Shown here: positions 1 to 13,283 of the stretch, piece after piece
Position numbering within the stretch: position 1 is the first letter of the stretch
Layout of the letters: every line of letters starts with the position of its first letter
Translations under genes and position numbers: made by a program
Source of the DNA: Mobula hypostoma
Lineage: Eukaryota
Length of the DNA: 64,000 nucleotides
Assembly (NCBI RefSeq): GCF_963921235.1
Contig: NC_086097.1
Span: forward strand, 175,338,001 to 175,402,000
Direction: 5' to 3'
Notes under the pieces: model-generated
Told to the model about the DNA's origin: nothing
Databases searched by the model: none
The model's input: only the letters and a program-made list of their open reading frames with translations

Positions 1-714
1 CAAGACAAGCTTTCCACTGTACATGTGTCAATAATGAACCTATTCCAGTTCCACATTCCAAGGGCATGGGAGAAGGTGGAGAAGAGGATGGTACTTGGAT
101 GGAAAGGTTATATCCAGCAATAAAAGGTGAATAGACTGAGACAGTTTGTCTCAAAGAGGGAATGAGAATCTCACAAAGGTCTTTAAAGCAAAGATGCTTG
201 TACAGAATTTTCAGAATGGGCCTGTTTCCATACTGGATGACTCCATGGCAGAGGAGATGCTCCCACGTGTGTGTGGTGCTCTTGACCTGGGAGCCATAAA
301 CACACGGGGGGGGGTGTGGGGGGAGGATCACTGGTGTGTCCAACAGAAGCTTCATCCAGTCGGTGATTAAAATGTGCAGATTGCTACCACATCAAGCTAT
401 TGAGGAAAGTAGTGATGGTAAGTGTATGATAAACACAGGAAGGGGAGATGAACCAATTCTGCATTATATGTTCTGATAATTCTATCTAAAATTAAGCAAA
501 ACATTGAAAATTGAAGATACTTCCATCACAGCAGGCTGCACCAAAGTGGATTCAGGCAGCAGTGAAACTGAGCCAGCAGTGAAGCCAGCATTTGTTTGTC
601 ATCATGGATTACTTGCCCGAAATCAGTCACGGCCCACCGCAGATAGAAAGCGCAGTGGAGGGGCACAGCTGTCTAGGTCAGAATAGCTGAAGACCACAGC
701 GCACTGCACAAGCA

Positions 715-1055
715 TTAAGACCATACGGCCATGAAACGTAGGAGCAGAATTAGGCCATTCAGCCCAACAAGCCTGCTCTGCCATTTGATCATGGCTCTTT
801 TATTTTCATTCTCAAAACCATTCTCCTACCTTCTTCCCATAATCTTTTACACCCTTACTAAGTAAGTACCTAATAACCTCTACTTTATATATACCCAATG
901 ACTCGGCCTGCTCAGCCACCTGTGGCAAATAATTCCACCTTATGGTTAAAGAAATTCTTCGTCATCACTGCTCTAAAGGGACATCCTTCTGCTCTGAGGC
1001 TTAGACTCTCCCAATATTGGAAACATCCTCTCCATATTCCCTCTATCTAGGCCTT
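715..1055 (-). mobile_element. CR1-type LINE 3' end fragment (degenerate)
   Basis: Reverse complement resembles the CR1 3' ends at 13730-14340 and 21080-21575 (ggcctaattctgctcct, short tandem tail). Confidence 0.7.
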
Positions 1056-1283
1056 TCGAAGAGAGGGAGAGGAGCCCTACACAGCAGGGGGTGAGGAGTT
1101 CAACCAGCCAGAAAGAGGATTGCAACCTTCACCCCTGCTACAGGGTGTCCCAAGCACATTTTGAATTGGTGTTGTCACGTTGCAGCCAATTTCGACACAA
1201 CATGCTCTCATTACCTTAACCTTACTGAAAGTAAATATTGACAACATCCACATCACACATGATTACAAATGGTGTAAAATTAC

Positions 1284-1334
1284 CTTCATTTATGTCGAAT
1301 ATGTCTTGATCTAATCCAGCGTCGACATCCTCTT
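1284..1334 (-). CDS. MEP1B: Meprin A beta-like, coding exon 3 (propeptide, (E)EDVDAGLDQDIFDINE(G))
   Basis: ctctcatccag|AAGAGGATGTCGAC...ATAAATGAAG|gtaatt, phase 1-1. The peptide closely matches the meprin beta propeptide DVDGGMDQDIFDINEG. Later exons lie beyond the left edge. Confidence 0.88.
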
Positions 1335-1429
1335 CTGGATGAGAGGCCAAAAAGAGGTTTCTTCAGTCATCTTTTTCAATGCTGAGAGTATTCTTTGTGC
1401 AGCTCAGAAAGCCATTTTTGACCCTCTAC

Positions 1430-1720
1430 ACCAGAGTTTTGAAAGAGGGGATACATTCCCAGCTGCCGCTGCTGTTCCCACTCTTCCCTCCCCCATCTGC
1501 CAATCATCCCTCCTCACCTGGATCGACCTATCACTTGCCAACACTTTCTTGGCCCCCTTCCTCTCTCTGCTTAATGGAGGCTAACTCCGCTCTAGCCTTT
1601 CAGCTTAACCTTGACCTGAAATATTGACTGTCCATTTCACTCCACATTTGCTGCCTGACCCACTGAGTTCCTCCAGCACTTTACTTTTGGTTCTGCATTC
1701 CAGCATCTGCTGTCTTCATT
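1430..1720 (+). mobile_element. Penelope-like element terminal (pLTR) fragment, degenerate
   Basis: Pyrimidine-rich tract followed by gctgcctgacccactgagttcctccagcact, a motif shared with the other PLE ends in the window. Confidence 0.55.
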
Positions 1721-2315
1721 TCCCCCAACTCTGAATCATTTGCTCCAAGTCTTTATCCAATTCCCTTCTGAATGTATTTATTGAGCCACCTTCCGGAATG
1801 TGACTACCTGAAACATTGATGTTCATTCTTCTATACATTGCTGGATGGATTTAATACAGAAAGTTTAAGCTTCCTCTTCAATTTATACTTACCATTTGTA
1901 CTTAGTAGCATTCCAAGGTCAATCTGGAAACAAGCATCTGAATGAACCTCCTATCATCACTGCTAATTAAATCTTTATTAATTGCTTCATCCATGGAAAA
2001 GTTTGTTAAAGGATGCTGACCCATATCAATGCAATGTGGTTAATTGAGTGATGGAGGTTGAGAGGAGCTCTGCTGCCCTGATTATGAGAGGCGGAAATTG
2101 GCAGCTGGTATGCTTCTCCTAAGGTTGACATCCAATACAAGAGGCTATGCATTTAAGGTGAGAGGGAGCTAGGTTCAAAGGAGGTGTATGGGGCAAGTTT
2201 ATTTAGTGCACAAGTAAGTAAAAACAAGGTTTGGGTCATAAGAGTGCGTGTGTTCTGAGTCCAGTTATTTTATTTATCTTATTATCAGGGATGACAGTTA
2301 CTACTGTGCAGGTTG

Positions 2316-2720
2316 AACACACACAAAATGCTGGAGGAACTCAGCAGGCCGGGCAGCACCTATGGAAAAGAGTCAATGGTTGATGTTTTGGGCCGAGACA
2401 CTTCAGCAGGACTGGAAAAAAAAGATGTGGTCAGAGGAAGGGGAGGGGAGGAAGAAATACAAGGTGGTAGGTGATGGGTGAAACCTGGAGAAGGGGAGGG
2501 GTGGTGAAGAGCTGGGAAGCTGATGGGTGAAAGAGATGAGGGGCTGGAGAAAGGGGAATCTGATAGGAGAGGGTAGAAGACCACGGAAGAAAGGGAAGGG
2601 AGAGAAGCACCAGAGGGAGGTGATGTGCAGGAAAGGAGATGAGGTGAGAGTGGAAAATGGGAATGGGGAATGGTAAATGAGTGGGAGGAGGCAAGTACTG
2701 ACAGTTCAAGTAATTGATGA
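2316..2720 (-). mobile_element. Penelope-like element 3'/pLTR fragment
   Basis: aacacacacaaaatgctggaggaactcagcaggcc terminus, a decayed hammerhead and a purine-rich tract homologous to 16424-16850. Confidence 0.7.
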
Positions 2721-2789
2721 CCACAGTGGAATCACCATGCTTGTCCAGTCCCTATACACCTCCATCCCTAACAGGGCCTTAAAGCTCTC

Positions 2790-3555
2790 TGCTTCTTTCT
2801 AGTCACCAGGCCCAACCTATTCCCCTCCACCACCACTTTCCACAGTCTGGAGGAGCTGGTCCTCACTCTCAATAATTTCTCCTTCGGCTCCTCCCATTTC
2901 CTTCAAACAAAATGTGTAGCCATGGGCGCGCGCATGTGTCCCAGCTATGCCTGCCTGTTTGTCGGCTACGTGGAACAGTCTATGTTCCAAACCCACACCA
3001 GTAGCAAATTCCAACTTTTCCAATGCTACATTGACGTCTGCATTGGTGCTGCTTCCTGCACCCACGATGAGCTCGTCAGCTTCAACAACTTCACACTTCA
3101 CTTGTAACTTTCCCCTGCCCTCAAATTTATCTGGTCTATTTCCAACACCTCCCTCCCCTTTCTCGATCTCCCTGTCTCTATCTCTGGAGACATTTGATCT
3201 GCTGATATCGTTTATACATCCACTGATTCTCACAGCTACCTGGGCTATACCTCTTCCCACCCTGTCACTTGTAAAAATGCCATCCCCTTCTCTCAGTTCT
3301 TTTGTCTCAGCGCATTTGTTCTCAGGAACTAATGAAATGTCCTCCTTCTTCAAAGAAAGGGGCTTTCCTTCCTCCACCATCAATGCTGTTCTCATCCACA
3401 TCTCTTTCATTTCGCGCACATCTGCCATCACCCCATCCTACCACCACTCTTGTCCTCACCCCACTAGATTCTGCAACCAGCATATACTTCTCTGTTATTT
3501 CCAACCTCTCCAATGGGATCCCACCATAAAGCACATCTTTCCCTCCCTCCAACTC
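2790..3555 (+). mobile_element. Penelope-like element RT fragment
   Basis: Encodes AMGARMCPSYACLFVGYVEQ...CYIDVCIG (PLE RT motifs) and MSSFFKERGFPSSTI, which is shared with the PLE at 17705. Confidence 0.75.
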
Positions 3556-4160
3556 CAATGGGCTTACACCCATCTGGATGAGCCAGGCAGCACTGTGAGA
3601 ATCATATTCTCTGCTTTCCTAAGGAGTAAGCTCATGGGGAAGCAGGTGGATGCTCCACTAGTGTCCTGGATTACAGACTAGTGTCCAGACAGCCACAGTA
3701 TGTGAGATTGCAGAGCTGTGTATCAGACACTGTGGGTGGCAGCACAGGAGCACCTCTGGGGTCTGTCCTGTCCCCCTTCCTGTTCACCATCTACATCTCG
3801 GACTTCAGATACAATTGGGAGTCCTGCCCCCCACAGAAGTTTTCGGATGATTCAGCAGTTGTGGGCTGTATCAGCCAGGGTCAAGAGCTTGAGTAAAGAA
3901 GAGTGGTGGACAACTTTGTTGAGTGGTGTGGGCTGAATCATCTGCAGCTCAACATCACTAAGACAAAGGAGTTGGTGGTAGACTTCAGGAAGGTGAAAAC
4001 ACCTTGCATTCCCATCTCCATCAAGGGAATGGATGTGGAAGTCGTATGAGGCTACAAATACTTGGGAAATTGCCTGGACAATAAGCTGGACTGGACTGAA
4101 AATACAGGGGCTCTGCACAAGAAGAGATAGAACCGACTGTACTTCTTGAAGAGGCTCCAG
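3556..4160 (+). mobile_element. Rex1/Babar-like LINE RT fragment
   Basis: AYTHLDEPGSTVRI...RQPQYVRL...GAPLGSVLSPFLFTIY...KFSDDSAVVGCI, in frameshifted pieces. Confidence 0.7.
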
Positions 4161-4164
4161 TTAT

Positions 4165-4950
4165 TGGGTAGGACCAACCACGGTAGGCCTTACACGGTGA
4201 GCGGTAGGGCACTGAGGAATGTGGTAGAACAAAGGGATTGGGGAATATAGGTCCATAATTCATTGAAAGTGGTGTCAGAAGTAGACAGGGTCGTAAAGAA
4301 AGATTTTGGTACATTGGCCTTCATAAATCAATGTATTGAGTACAGAAGATGGGATGTTATGTTGAATTTGTATAAGACGTTGGCGAAGCCTAATTTGGAG
4401 TATTGTGTGTAGTTTTGGTCACTTACCTACAGGAAAGATTTAAATAGGGTTGAACTAGCACAGAGAAAATTTACAAGGGTGTTACCGTGTCTGGAGAACC
4501 TGAGCTATAAGGAAAGATGAAATAGGTTAGGACTGTATTCTTTAGAATGTAGAAGATTGAGAGGAGATTTGATGGAGGTATACAAAATTATGAGAGGTAT
4601 AGATAGGTTAAATGCAAGCAGGCTTTTTCTACTGAGGTTGGTGGAACTACAACCAGAGGTCATTGGTTAAGGGTGAAAGGTGAGAAGTTTAAGGGGACCA
4701 TGAGAGGAAACTTCTTCACTCAGAGGGTTATGAAACTGTGGAATGAACCGCCAGCACGTGGTGCATGCGAGCTCGATTTCAATGTGTGAGAGATGTTTGG
4801 ATAAGTACATGGATAGTTGGGATTTGGAGGGCTATAGGCAGGTCAGGGATATAGAGGGCAGGTTGATGTTAGGCAGTTTATATGGTTTTGTCATGGAATA
4901 GATGGGCCGGTTCCTGTTTCTGTGCTATACATGTCTATGACTCTATGTCT
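4165..4950 (+). mobile_element. CR1-type LINE 3' portion (degenerate)
   Basis: CR1 RT C-terminal signature (ttggagtattgtgtgtagttttggtc, LEYCVQFW-like) and a (ctatga)-type tail. Confidence 0.75.
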
Positions 4951-4954
4951 GTAT

Positions 4955-6488
4955 AGAACATAGAACATAGAATAGTACAGCACAGTACAGGCCCTTCGGC
5001 CCACATTGTTGTGCCGACCCTCAAACCCTGCCTCCCATATAACCCCCCACCTTTAATTCCTCCATATACCTGTCTAGTAGTCTCTTAAACTTCACTAGTG
5101 TATCTGCCTCCACCACTGACTCAGGCAGTGCATTCCATGCACCAACCACTCTCTCAGTAAAAAACCTTCCTCTAATATCCCCCTTGAACTTCCCACCCCT
5201 TACCTTAAAGCCGTGTCCTCTTGTATTGAGCAGTGGTGCCCTGGGGAAGAGGCGCTGGCTATCCGTTCTATCTATTCCCCTTACTATCTTGTATACCTCT
5301 AACATGTCTCCTCTCATCCTCCTTCTCTCCGAAGAGTAAAGCCCTAGCTCCCTTAATCTCTGATCATAATGCATACTCTCTAAACCAGGCACCATCCTGG
5401 TAAATCTCTTCTGTACCCTATCCAATGCTTCCACATCCTTCCTATTGTGAAGGGACCAGAACTGGACACAGTACTCCAAGTGTGGCCTAACCAGAGTTTT
5501 ATAGAGCTGCATCATTACCTCACGACTCTTAAACTCTATCCCTCAACCTATGAAAGCTAACACCCCATAAGCTATCTTAACTACCCTACCTACCTGTGAG
5601 GCAACTTTCAGGGATCTGTGGACATGTACCCCCAGATCCCTGTGCCCCTCCACGCTACCAAGTATCCTGCCATTTACTTTGTACTCTGCCTTGGAGTTTG
5701 TCCTTCCAAAGTGTACCACCTCACACTTCTCTGGGTTGAACTCCATCTGCCACTTCTGCAACCTATCAATGTCTCTCTGCAATCTTCAACAATCCTCTAC
5801 ACTATCTACAACACCACCAACCTTTGTGTCGTCTGCAAACTTGCCAACCCACCCTTCTACCCCCACATCCAGGTTGTTAATAAAAATCACAAAAAGTAGA
5901 GGTCCCAGAACCGATCCTTGTGGGACACCACTAGTCACTACCCTCCAATCTGAATGCACATGTACACCCTCCACATGACCCCCTGCTTTCTGCAGGCGAG
6001 CAACTTCTGAATCCACCTGGCCAAACTTCCCTGGATCTCATGCCTTCTGACTTTCTGAATAAGCCTACTGTGTGGAACCTTGTCAAATGCCTTACTAAAA
6101 TCCATATAGATCACATCCACTGCACTACCCTCATCTATATGCCTGGTCACCTCCTCAAAGAACTCTATCAGGCTTGTTAGACACGATCTGCCCTTTACAA
6201 AGCCATGTTGACTGTCCCTGATCAGACCATGATTCTCTAAATGCCCATAGATTCGAACTCTAAGAATCTTTTCCAACAGCTTTCCCACCAGAGACGTAAG
6301 GCTCACTGGTCTATAATTACCCGGACTACCCCTACTACCTTTTTTGAACAAGGGAACAACATTTGCCTCCCTCCAATCCTCCGGTACCATTCCCGTAGAC
6401 AGCGAGGACATAAAGATCCTAGCCAGAGGCTCAACAATTTCTTCCCTTGCCTCGTGGAGCAGCCTGGGGAATATTCCGTCAGGCCCCA
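4955..6488 (-). mobile_element. CR1 LINE family B copy 1, 5'-truncated
   Basis: ORFs 5938-6501, 5786-6016, 5543-5782 and 5021-5515 carry [36 protein letters not shown] and LEYCVQFW. Tail is (atagaac)n on the plus strand. Confidence 0.92.
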
Positions 6489-6499
6489 CAATGTATGTC

Positions 6500-6960
6500 A
6501 ATCCATTGCCCCATCTACTGCCGCAATGCGGACGGCTGATGGCATGAACATCAATTTCTCAAACTTCTTCTAATTGACCCCCCTTCACCATTCTCCATTC
6601 CCGTTTTCCTCTCTCACTTTATCTGCTTTCCTGCACATCACCTCCCTCTAGTGCTCCTTCCTCTTTCCCTTTCTTCCATGGTCTTCTACCCTCTCTTATC
6701 AGATTCCCCCTTCTCCGGCCCTGTATCTCTTTCACCAATCAACTCCCCAGCTCTTCACTTCACCACTCCCTCTCTCCTGGTTTCACCTGCCAGTTACCAC
6801 CTTGTACTTCTTCCTCCCCTCCCCCCACCTCCCTACTGATTTCTCATCTTCTTTTCCATTCCCGATGAAGGGTCTCAGCCCAAAACGTCGACTGTTTACT
6901 CTTTCCATAGATGTTGCCTGGCCTGCTGAGTTCCTTCAGCATTTTGTGTGTGTTGCTAGT
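6500..6960 (+). mobile_element. Penelope-like element 3' end/pLTR
   Basis: Encodes the end of the GIY-YIG domain (DGMNINFSNF), followed by a pyrimidine tract, a decayed hammerhead and the gcattttgtgtgtgttgct terminus. Confidence 0.75.
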
Positions 6961-7494
6961 AGCAAGGAACTTCAGGTCTGCTGTTGAAAGGATTTCTGTT
7001 TCTCAGCTGAGGCTGCTCATTAAATTCTAGCAGTGATTATGTTGTATCATTCTGTATCTATCCTCTTGCACGTTTCAGTAATTCTTTGCTCCTGTGATCT
7101 AAGTGACTTACTAGAAAGACAAATCTGCCCATTCTAGACTTCCAGTACCACCATTGCAGCTTTTGTTCTGATTGGCCACCCAGTTGGTAGTGACTCATCC
7201 ATTTCCAGCTTGACCAGTATTCCTTGTTAAAAATAAAGATCTAAAACTAAACCTTCCTGAAATCGGAGACCAAATTACAGTCAGAAAATATGGGAGACAC
7301 TCTAATTGCCTCCTCTCTATTGATATTATGAATTCAGAGAGTCAAATAGTCAAGATATTCATTGATGGGAAGTTCCAGCATTTATTATTAATTCTTAATT
7401 ACTCTGAACTGAGCAACTTGTTGGACCTTTTAAGAAGTCGTTTAGGAGTCATTTTTAGATCTGTAGCTTTGGAGACACATAAAAATACCAGACA

Positions 7495-8405
7495 TTGAAC
7501 AAGGTTATCAAAAATTACAGCAAGATCTTAATCAGCTGAGTACGTGAGCCAGGGAATGGCAAGTTTTAATTCATAGAGTTAATTAGTTACATATTTAATT
7601 CATAAAGTGTTGTATTGTGAAAAGTCAAACCAAGGTAGCAATTTCACAGTTAACAGTCAGGCCCTGGGAATTGTCATAAGCCAGAGGGATCTTGGAAATC
7701 AGTTACATACTTCACTGACAATCGAGTCATAAGTAGGCATGTGGTGAGGAAATAAATAGCACAAGAGATTCTGTTGATGCTTGAAATCCAGAGAAACACA
7801 CACAAAATGCTGGAGGAACTCAAGCAGCACCTGTGGAAATGAATAAACAGTCAACGTTTTGGGTCAAGATCCTTCTTCAGGCACCCTGGCCTTCAATGGT
7901 CAGGGCAATAAATATAAATGTTGGGAGGTCATGGTATGATCGTACAGGACACTGCTGAGGCCGCACTTGGAATATTGTCTTTGGTGTTTGGTCATTCTTT
8001 TATATGAAAAATGTAATGAAAATGAAGAGAGTGCAGAAAAGTTTTATAAGAATGTTTCAAGGACTTAAAGGACAGAATTTTCGGGGAGAGGTTAGATAGG
8101 TTAAGGCATTTTTCCTTAGAGCATAGGAGGCTGAGAGGTGACCTTACAGTGGTGTACGAAACCATGAAGGGTGCAGATGGAGTGAATGAACACAGTCTTT
8201 TTCCCATTGTTGGGGAATGCCGAACTAAAGGGCATAGGTTGAAGATGAGAGGGGAAAGATTTAATAGGAGCCTGAGGGGCAACTTTGTTTACATAGAGGA
8301 TGGTCAGCATATGAGATAAGTTACCAGAGGATGTGGCTGAGGCAGGCACATTAGCAAGATTTGAAAATCATTGAAATATGGGTAGGAGAGGTTTAGAGGG
8401 CTAAA
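7495..8405 (+). mobile_element. Old CR1 3' fragment interrupted by a short PLE end (about 7755-7880)
   Basis: Degenerate CR1 RT C-terminus (gaggccgcacttggaatattg), with a reverse-oriented PLE terminus inside it. Confidence 0.6.
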
Positions 8406-8429
8406 CAATGCTAGCTCAGAAGGCAACAT

Positions 8430-9010
8430 ATCATATCATTACCGTCTGTCGTGGAGACTCCAATGCACAGGGTTGTAAGAGACTGCAGAAGGCTGTCGTC
8501 TCAGCCAGCTCCATCATAGGCACTACCCTCACCACCATTGAGGACATCTTCTAAAGGCAGTACCATCCATCATTAAGCATCCGTACCATCTGAAATGCCC
8601 TCTCCACATTACTACCATCAGGGAGGAGGTACTGGAGCCTGAAGACGCACACTCAACACTTTAAGAACTATAGCTTCCCTTCTACCATCAGATTTCCGAA
8701 CAGTTGTTAAACCCATGAAGACCACTTCACTATTCCCCTTTTGCACTATTTATTTATCGAGTCCTGATGAACAATCTCAGCCCAAAACATAGACTGTTTA
8801 TTCCTCTCCATAGCTGCCATCTCGTCTGACTTCCTCCAGCATTCTGTGTGTGTTGCTCTGGATTTCCAGCATCTGCAGAGTCTCTGGTATTTATTTTTCC
8901 ATATTGTAACTTGTAATTTGTATGCCTGCACTTTTCTGCTGCCACAAAATAACAAATTTCACAACTACTGCCAGTGATAATAAATCGGGTTCTGATTCAG
9001 ATTCTGAATT
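8430..9010 (+). mobile_element. Rex1/L2-like LINE 3' end with (attctg)n tail, interrupted by a PLE end (about 8760-8890)
   Basis: Homologous to 15513-15992 (ctaccatcagggaggaggtac...cctgaag; tail ttctgattcagattctga). Confidence 0.6.
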
Positions 9011-10196
9011 GACAAAGATGGATTGGGATGAATGACCTAATCCCATGACATATGACTCTATGGCTCTATGATAGTTGGACAGGGACAGTACATGGATAAG
9101 AAAGATTTCAAGGGATTTGGGCCATATGCTAGCAGATGGGATTAGCGTAGATGGTCAACATGGACCAGCTGGGCCAAAGGATCTGTTTCCATGCTGTTTA
9201 ACTCTATGACAGGACACATTGGCAAATGTTCTTTCCAAAGGTAAGCAAATCCATTGGATTTCTATGACAGACAAGTAACTTCATGGTGACTTGGTGATAT
9301 GCCAACTTTTTAATCTGAGAATTACTAATTTAACTAAAAGTTGGTTGCCCAGCTTTTGTGGTAGAGTTCAAAACCATGGCCCAAGGTATTACTTTGGGCA
9401 TCTGGATGTGAGTTCAATAATTAATCTCAGATGGAAAACAAAGTAAGTATATCTGGAAATGCTGAGATTCCAGGCAATTTAATTGAATAATAATTCACTG
9501 CCAACCTTTGCATAAACACTGGTAAAGCAAAGCAGTTCACTGAACTTGCTGTAATAAAATTATTTTATTGAGCATTATTGAAAATCATTAAGCAGATTAG
9601 TTTGCTAACAAGATAAAATACCAGCAGATAATACAACATCATTGACTTTTATCTTATACCACCTTCACTGCAATGTTATTTCACAAGACATGCCATAGGC
9701 AGAGGATAGAAAGCTCATTCAGGGAGGAGGTACAGGAGCCTGAAGACACACACTCAACATGTAAATGAATAATTCTCAGATGAAAAGGTAATAATCGCGG
9801 AAAGAGGAGTGGTGAGGCTGAGGAAGGGATTTGCACCTAATGAAAAAGGGAGACATACAAGAGGTTAGCATTGGCAAAGGGCAGAGTTCACAGGAAGCTG
9901 AGGCATTGGAGGAGATTAAAGTATGAGGAAGATAGACGAAGTTGGAAGAGTAGCAAATTGCTTAAAAAATTGGTGTTGTGTAAAGAATAAGGAATAGGAA
10001 TTTTGGAGAAGGCACTGAGAATGGGGGATTGTTTTCACATATGGATTGAGCAAGTTTGCAGTCAGTTGTTTTGGTGTGTCCAAGGGATAAGTTGAAGTAT
10101 TTATGGAGACGTCCATTGTTGTAGACTTCTGAAACCTTTTGCACTTTCATATAAAATATTCGGCTATGTTTAACTAAAGAGGAAATTAAAACTCAC

Positions 10197-10215
10197 CTGT
10201 CTCTAGTGAGATTGC
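10197..10215 (-). CDS. MEP1B: Meprin A beta-like, coding exon 2 (19-bp micro-exon, AISLET+G)
   Basis: ttttggtttgttttcaatag|GCAATCTCACTAGAGACAG|gtgagt: strong acceptor and donor, phase 0 to phase 1. As I recall it, human MEP1B exon 2 has the same 19-nt size and phase. Confidence 0.8.
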
Positions 10216-10299
10216 CTATTGAAAACAAACCAAAAGATGGAGGTTAAAGACAAGTAGAAACATTACCACATTCAAATCACATTATCCACAACACAAATC

Positions 10300-10900
10300 A
10301 AGATTTCAGGTTCAGAAGGATAAATAATTGTACATTTATTATTATAATTTTATCTGGTGTTAATGTAATTTTTTTGAGTCTGGTGGTCTTAGTGTTAATG
10401 CTACATAGCCTCCTCCCTGATGGGAGTGAGACAAACAGTCCATGAGCAGGGTGTGTGGGATCCTTCATGATGTTATGGCCCTTTTCTGGCACCTTTCTAT
10501 ATAGATAACCTTGATGACAGGTAAGCTGGTGCCTGTGATGTGCAATTTTGCCTACCCACTGCAGAGCCTTCCTGTCCATGGCAGTATAGTTTCCATACCA
10601 AGCAGTGATGCTACCTGTTAGGATGCTTTCTTCTGCACGTCTGTGGAATGAAATGAGCATGGATGTGCAAACTCCAGCTCTCTTCAGCCTCCTCAAAAGA
10701 TAGAGGCATTGGTGAGTTTTCTTTACTGTGTAGGATGTGTTCTGGGACCATGAGAGGTTGTGTGTGATGTGCATTCCCAGGAGTTTGAAAATGCTTGCAG
10801 TTTCCACTGTTATGCCACCAGTGTAAAGGTGGGTGTGAGTACTGTGATTTCTTAAGTCAATGAATAGCTCTTTTGTCTTGTTGATGTTAAGGAGGGCACC
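10300..10900 (-). mobile_element. Rex1/L2-like LINE ORF2 C-terminal fragment
   Basis: ORF 10298-10942 contains LNINKTKEL..D.R, FKLLGMHIT..LSWS, ESILTGSITAWYGN and DPTHPAHGLF..LPSGRR. Confidence 0.75.
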
Positions 10901-13039
10901 AGGCCTCAATCTCTTCCTCTTCCTCTCTGTAGACCGTCTCATTGCTCTTAGTGATAAGCGAGGCTTTGTGCGTTGGTCCTTTAGCTCAATGCATTTTCCT
11001 GTGGAAACAACTTCTTTACATCTTCACAGAACAGTACAGTACAGCACAGGAACAGGCCTTCCGACCCACAACATCTGTGCCACCCATGATGCCTAATATT
11101 ATGATCAACCCTGTTAAACCCTGTAAAAATGAGATACTCCTCATTATTCTAAACTCAGGGTGTAGAGCAGTTGACTTAAATAATTATCCATGGACAATAA
11201 ATTCATCCAAGCAACTATTCAAAATGCACAGCCATTACTCGCACTGGTTACTCCAACAGCATCTCCCGTGCCTGCAGCCACCACCGCTAAGACAGACAAG
11301 GCCAAGAGGCACTTGTGAACACCACTCTCTTCAGATTCCCCTCCAATTCCCTCACCATCGTTAAACTATATCACTGCCCCTTCATCATCACTGGGCCTAA
11401 GTCTTGAATCTTCCTCCTCAGAAACAACAAAGGACTTCAGAAGTTCAAAAGGACAGATCAACTCTGCCTTCTCAAAGTCAAAGTCACATTGACACATGCA
11501 CAAGTATATGTATGCACAGTTGCAATGGAAAACCTACTGCTAGAAGAATCACTGGCACATGGCATCAGACACACAAAATTCTCAAGGAAAACACAAACCT
11601 TGACATAAATTATACTCAACTTTCATAACAAAGAACAATTAGATCAAAATAATAGTCCTTTGTAGTGTGCAGTGACAAAAGTGGAGCAGTTAAACTCAGA
11701 TATACAGTATCAGTATTACAGTAGAGTACAGAGGATTACGGAGGCATGAGAGAGGAGCTGGCCAATGTTGATTGAAAGGGAACACTAGCAGGAATGACAA
11801 CAGAACAGCAATGGCTGGAATTTCTGGCAGCAATTTGGAAGACACAGGATAGAAGAAGTATTCTAAAGGCAGGGTGGTGCAATCATGGCTGACAAGAGAA
11901 GTCAAAGCCAACATAAAAAAAACAAAGAGAGGGCATATAATAAATCAAAAATTAACAGGTTGTTAGAGGATTGGGAAGCTTTTAAAAACCAACAAAAGGC
12001 AACTAATAATGTCATAAAGAAGGAAAAGATGGCATATGAAGGCAAATGATTCAATAATTTTAAGGAGGATATCAGACGTTTCTTCAGATATTTAAAGTGA
12101 GGATAGATATCAGACCATTGCAAAATGATGATGGAGAGGTAGTAATGGGGGACAAGGAAATAGGAGAGGAACTGAATAAGTATTTTGTATCAGTCTTCAC
12201 TGTGGAAGACACAGTATGCCAAAGTTTCTGAGTGTCAGGGGGTAGAAATGTGCGCCAAGTCGCCATTACTAGAGAAAAGGTTCTTGGGAAACTGGAAGTT
12301 CTGAAGGTAGATAAGTGACCTGGACCAGATGGTGTACACCCCAGGGTTCTGAAAGAGGTGGCTGAAGAGATTGTGGAGGCATGGGTAATGATCTTTCAAC
12401 AATCAATTGATTCTGTAATGGTTTCGCAGAATGAAAAATTGCAAATGTCACTCCAATCTTCATGGAGGGAGAGAGGCAGAAGAAAGGGAATTACAGCCCA
12501 GTTAGTCTGACCTCAGTAGGTGGAAAGGTGTTGGAGTTGATTGTTAAGGATGTACTTTTGGGGTACTTGGAGATACATGATAAAATAGGCCGTAGTCAGC
12601 ATGGTTTCCTTAAGGGAAAATCTTGCCTAATATATCTGTTGGAATTCTTTGAAGAAATAATAAGCAGGATAGAGAAAGGAGAATCAGTGGATGTTGTGTA
12701 CTTGGATTTTCGAAGACTCTTGACAAGGTGCCACACATGAGGCTGCTTAACAAGTTAAGAGCCCATAGTATTACAGATTGGCATGTATGATGTTGTAGGC
12801 ATCACTGAATCATAGATGAAAGAAGATTATAGCTGGGAGTTTAATGTCCAAGAATACACATTGTATCAAAAGGACGGGCAGGAAGGCAGAGGGAGTGCCA
12901 TTGCTTTGTTGGTAAAATATGAAATCGAATCTTTAGGAGGAGGTGACATAGTGTTGGAAGGAGCTTAATCATTGTGGATAGAGCTAAGGAAATGCAAGTC
13001 TTTTGGAGTAATTGATAGTGCATCAATTTGTTAATAAAA

Positions 13040-13283
13040 TGATGCACTATCAATTACTCCAAAAGACTGGAAGTAGAGTAAATACTGAAAAGCTTTTATT
13101 AACAGTAAAAATGGATCTACGTCCATGCTGTATGTCTGTCCTAGACTGAGAGGAGGAACAGTGACACAATCGCCTTTATTCAGGGGTCTGTGGGAGGAGC
13201 CACAGGAGCAGGCAGCAGAGGGCCGTGTCCAGGCATGTCCAGACAGGTAACCCAGTTACAACCTATATACATGGTTTACCACA
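13040..13283 (-). mobile_element. Short solo LTR (TG...CA) with a fold-back duplication of its end at 12997-13025
   Basis: Minus strand begins TGTGGTAAACC, contains AATAAA motifs and ends GTGCATCA. It is inserted inside the CR1 X endonuclease coding sequence. Confidence 0.65.

Noticed and set aside
9225..9450. Plus-strand gtaag donor-like sites (also near 418), suggesting an opposite-strand gene
   Set aside because: No matching acceptors, consistent frame or recognisable peptide.
10298..10942. Host gene with an AlkB/ALKBH8 N-terminal-like domain
   Set aside because: The motifs are the C-terminus of Rex1/L2-like LINE ORF2, and homologous fragments recur elsewhere in the window.
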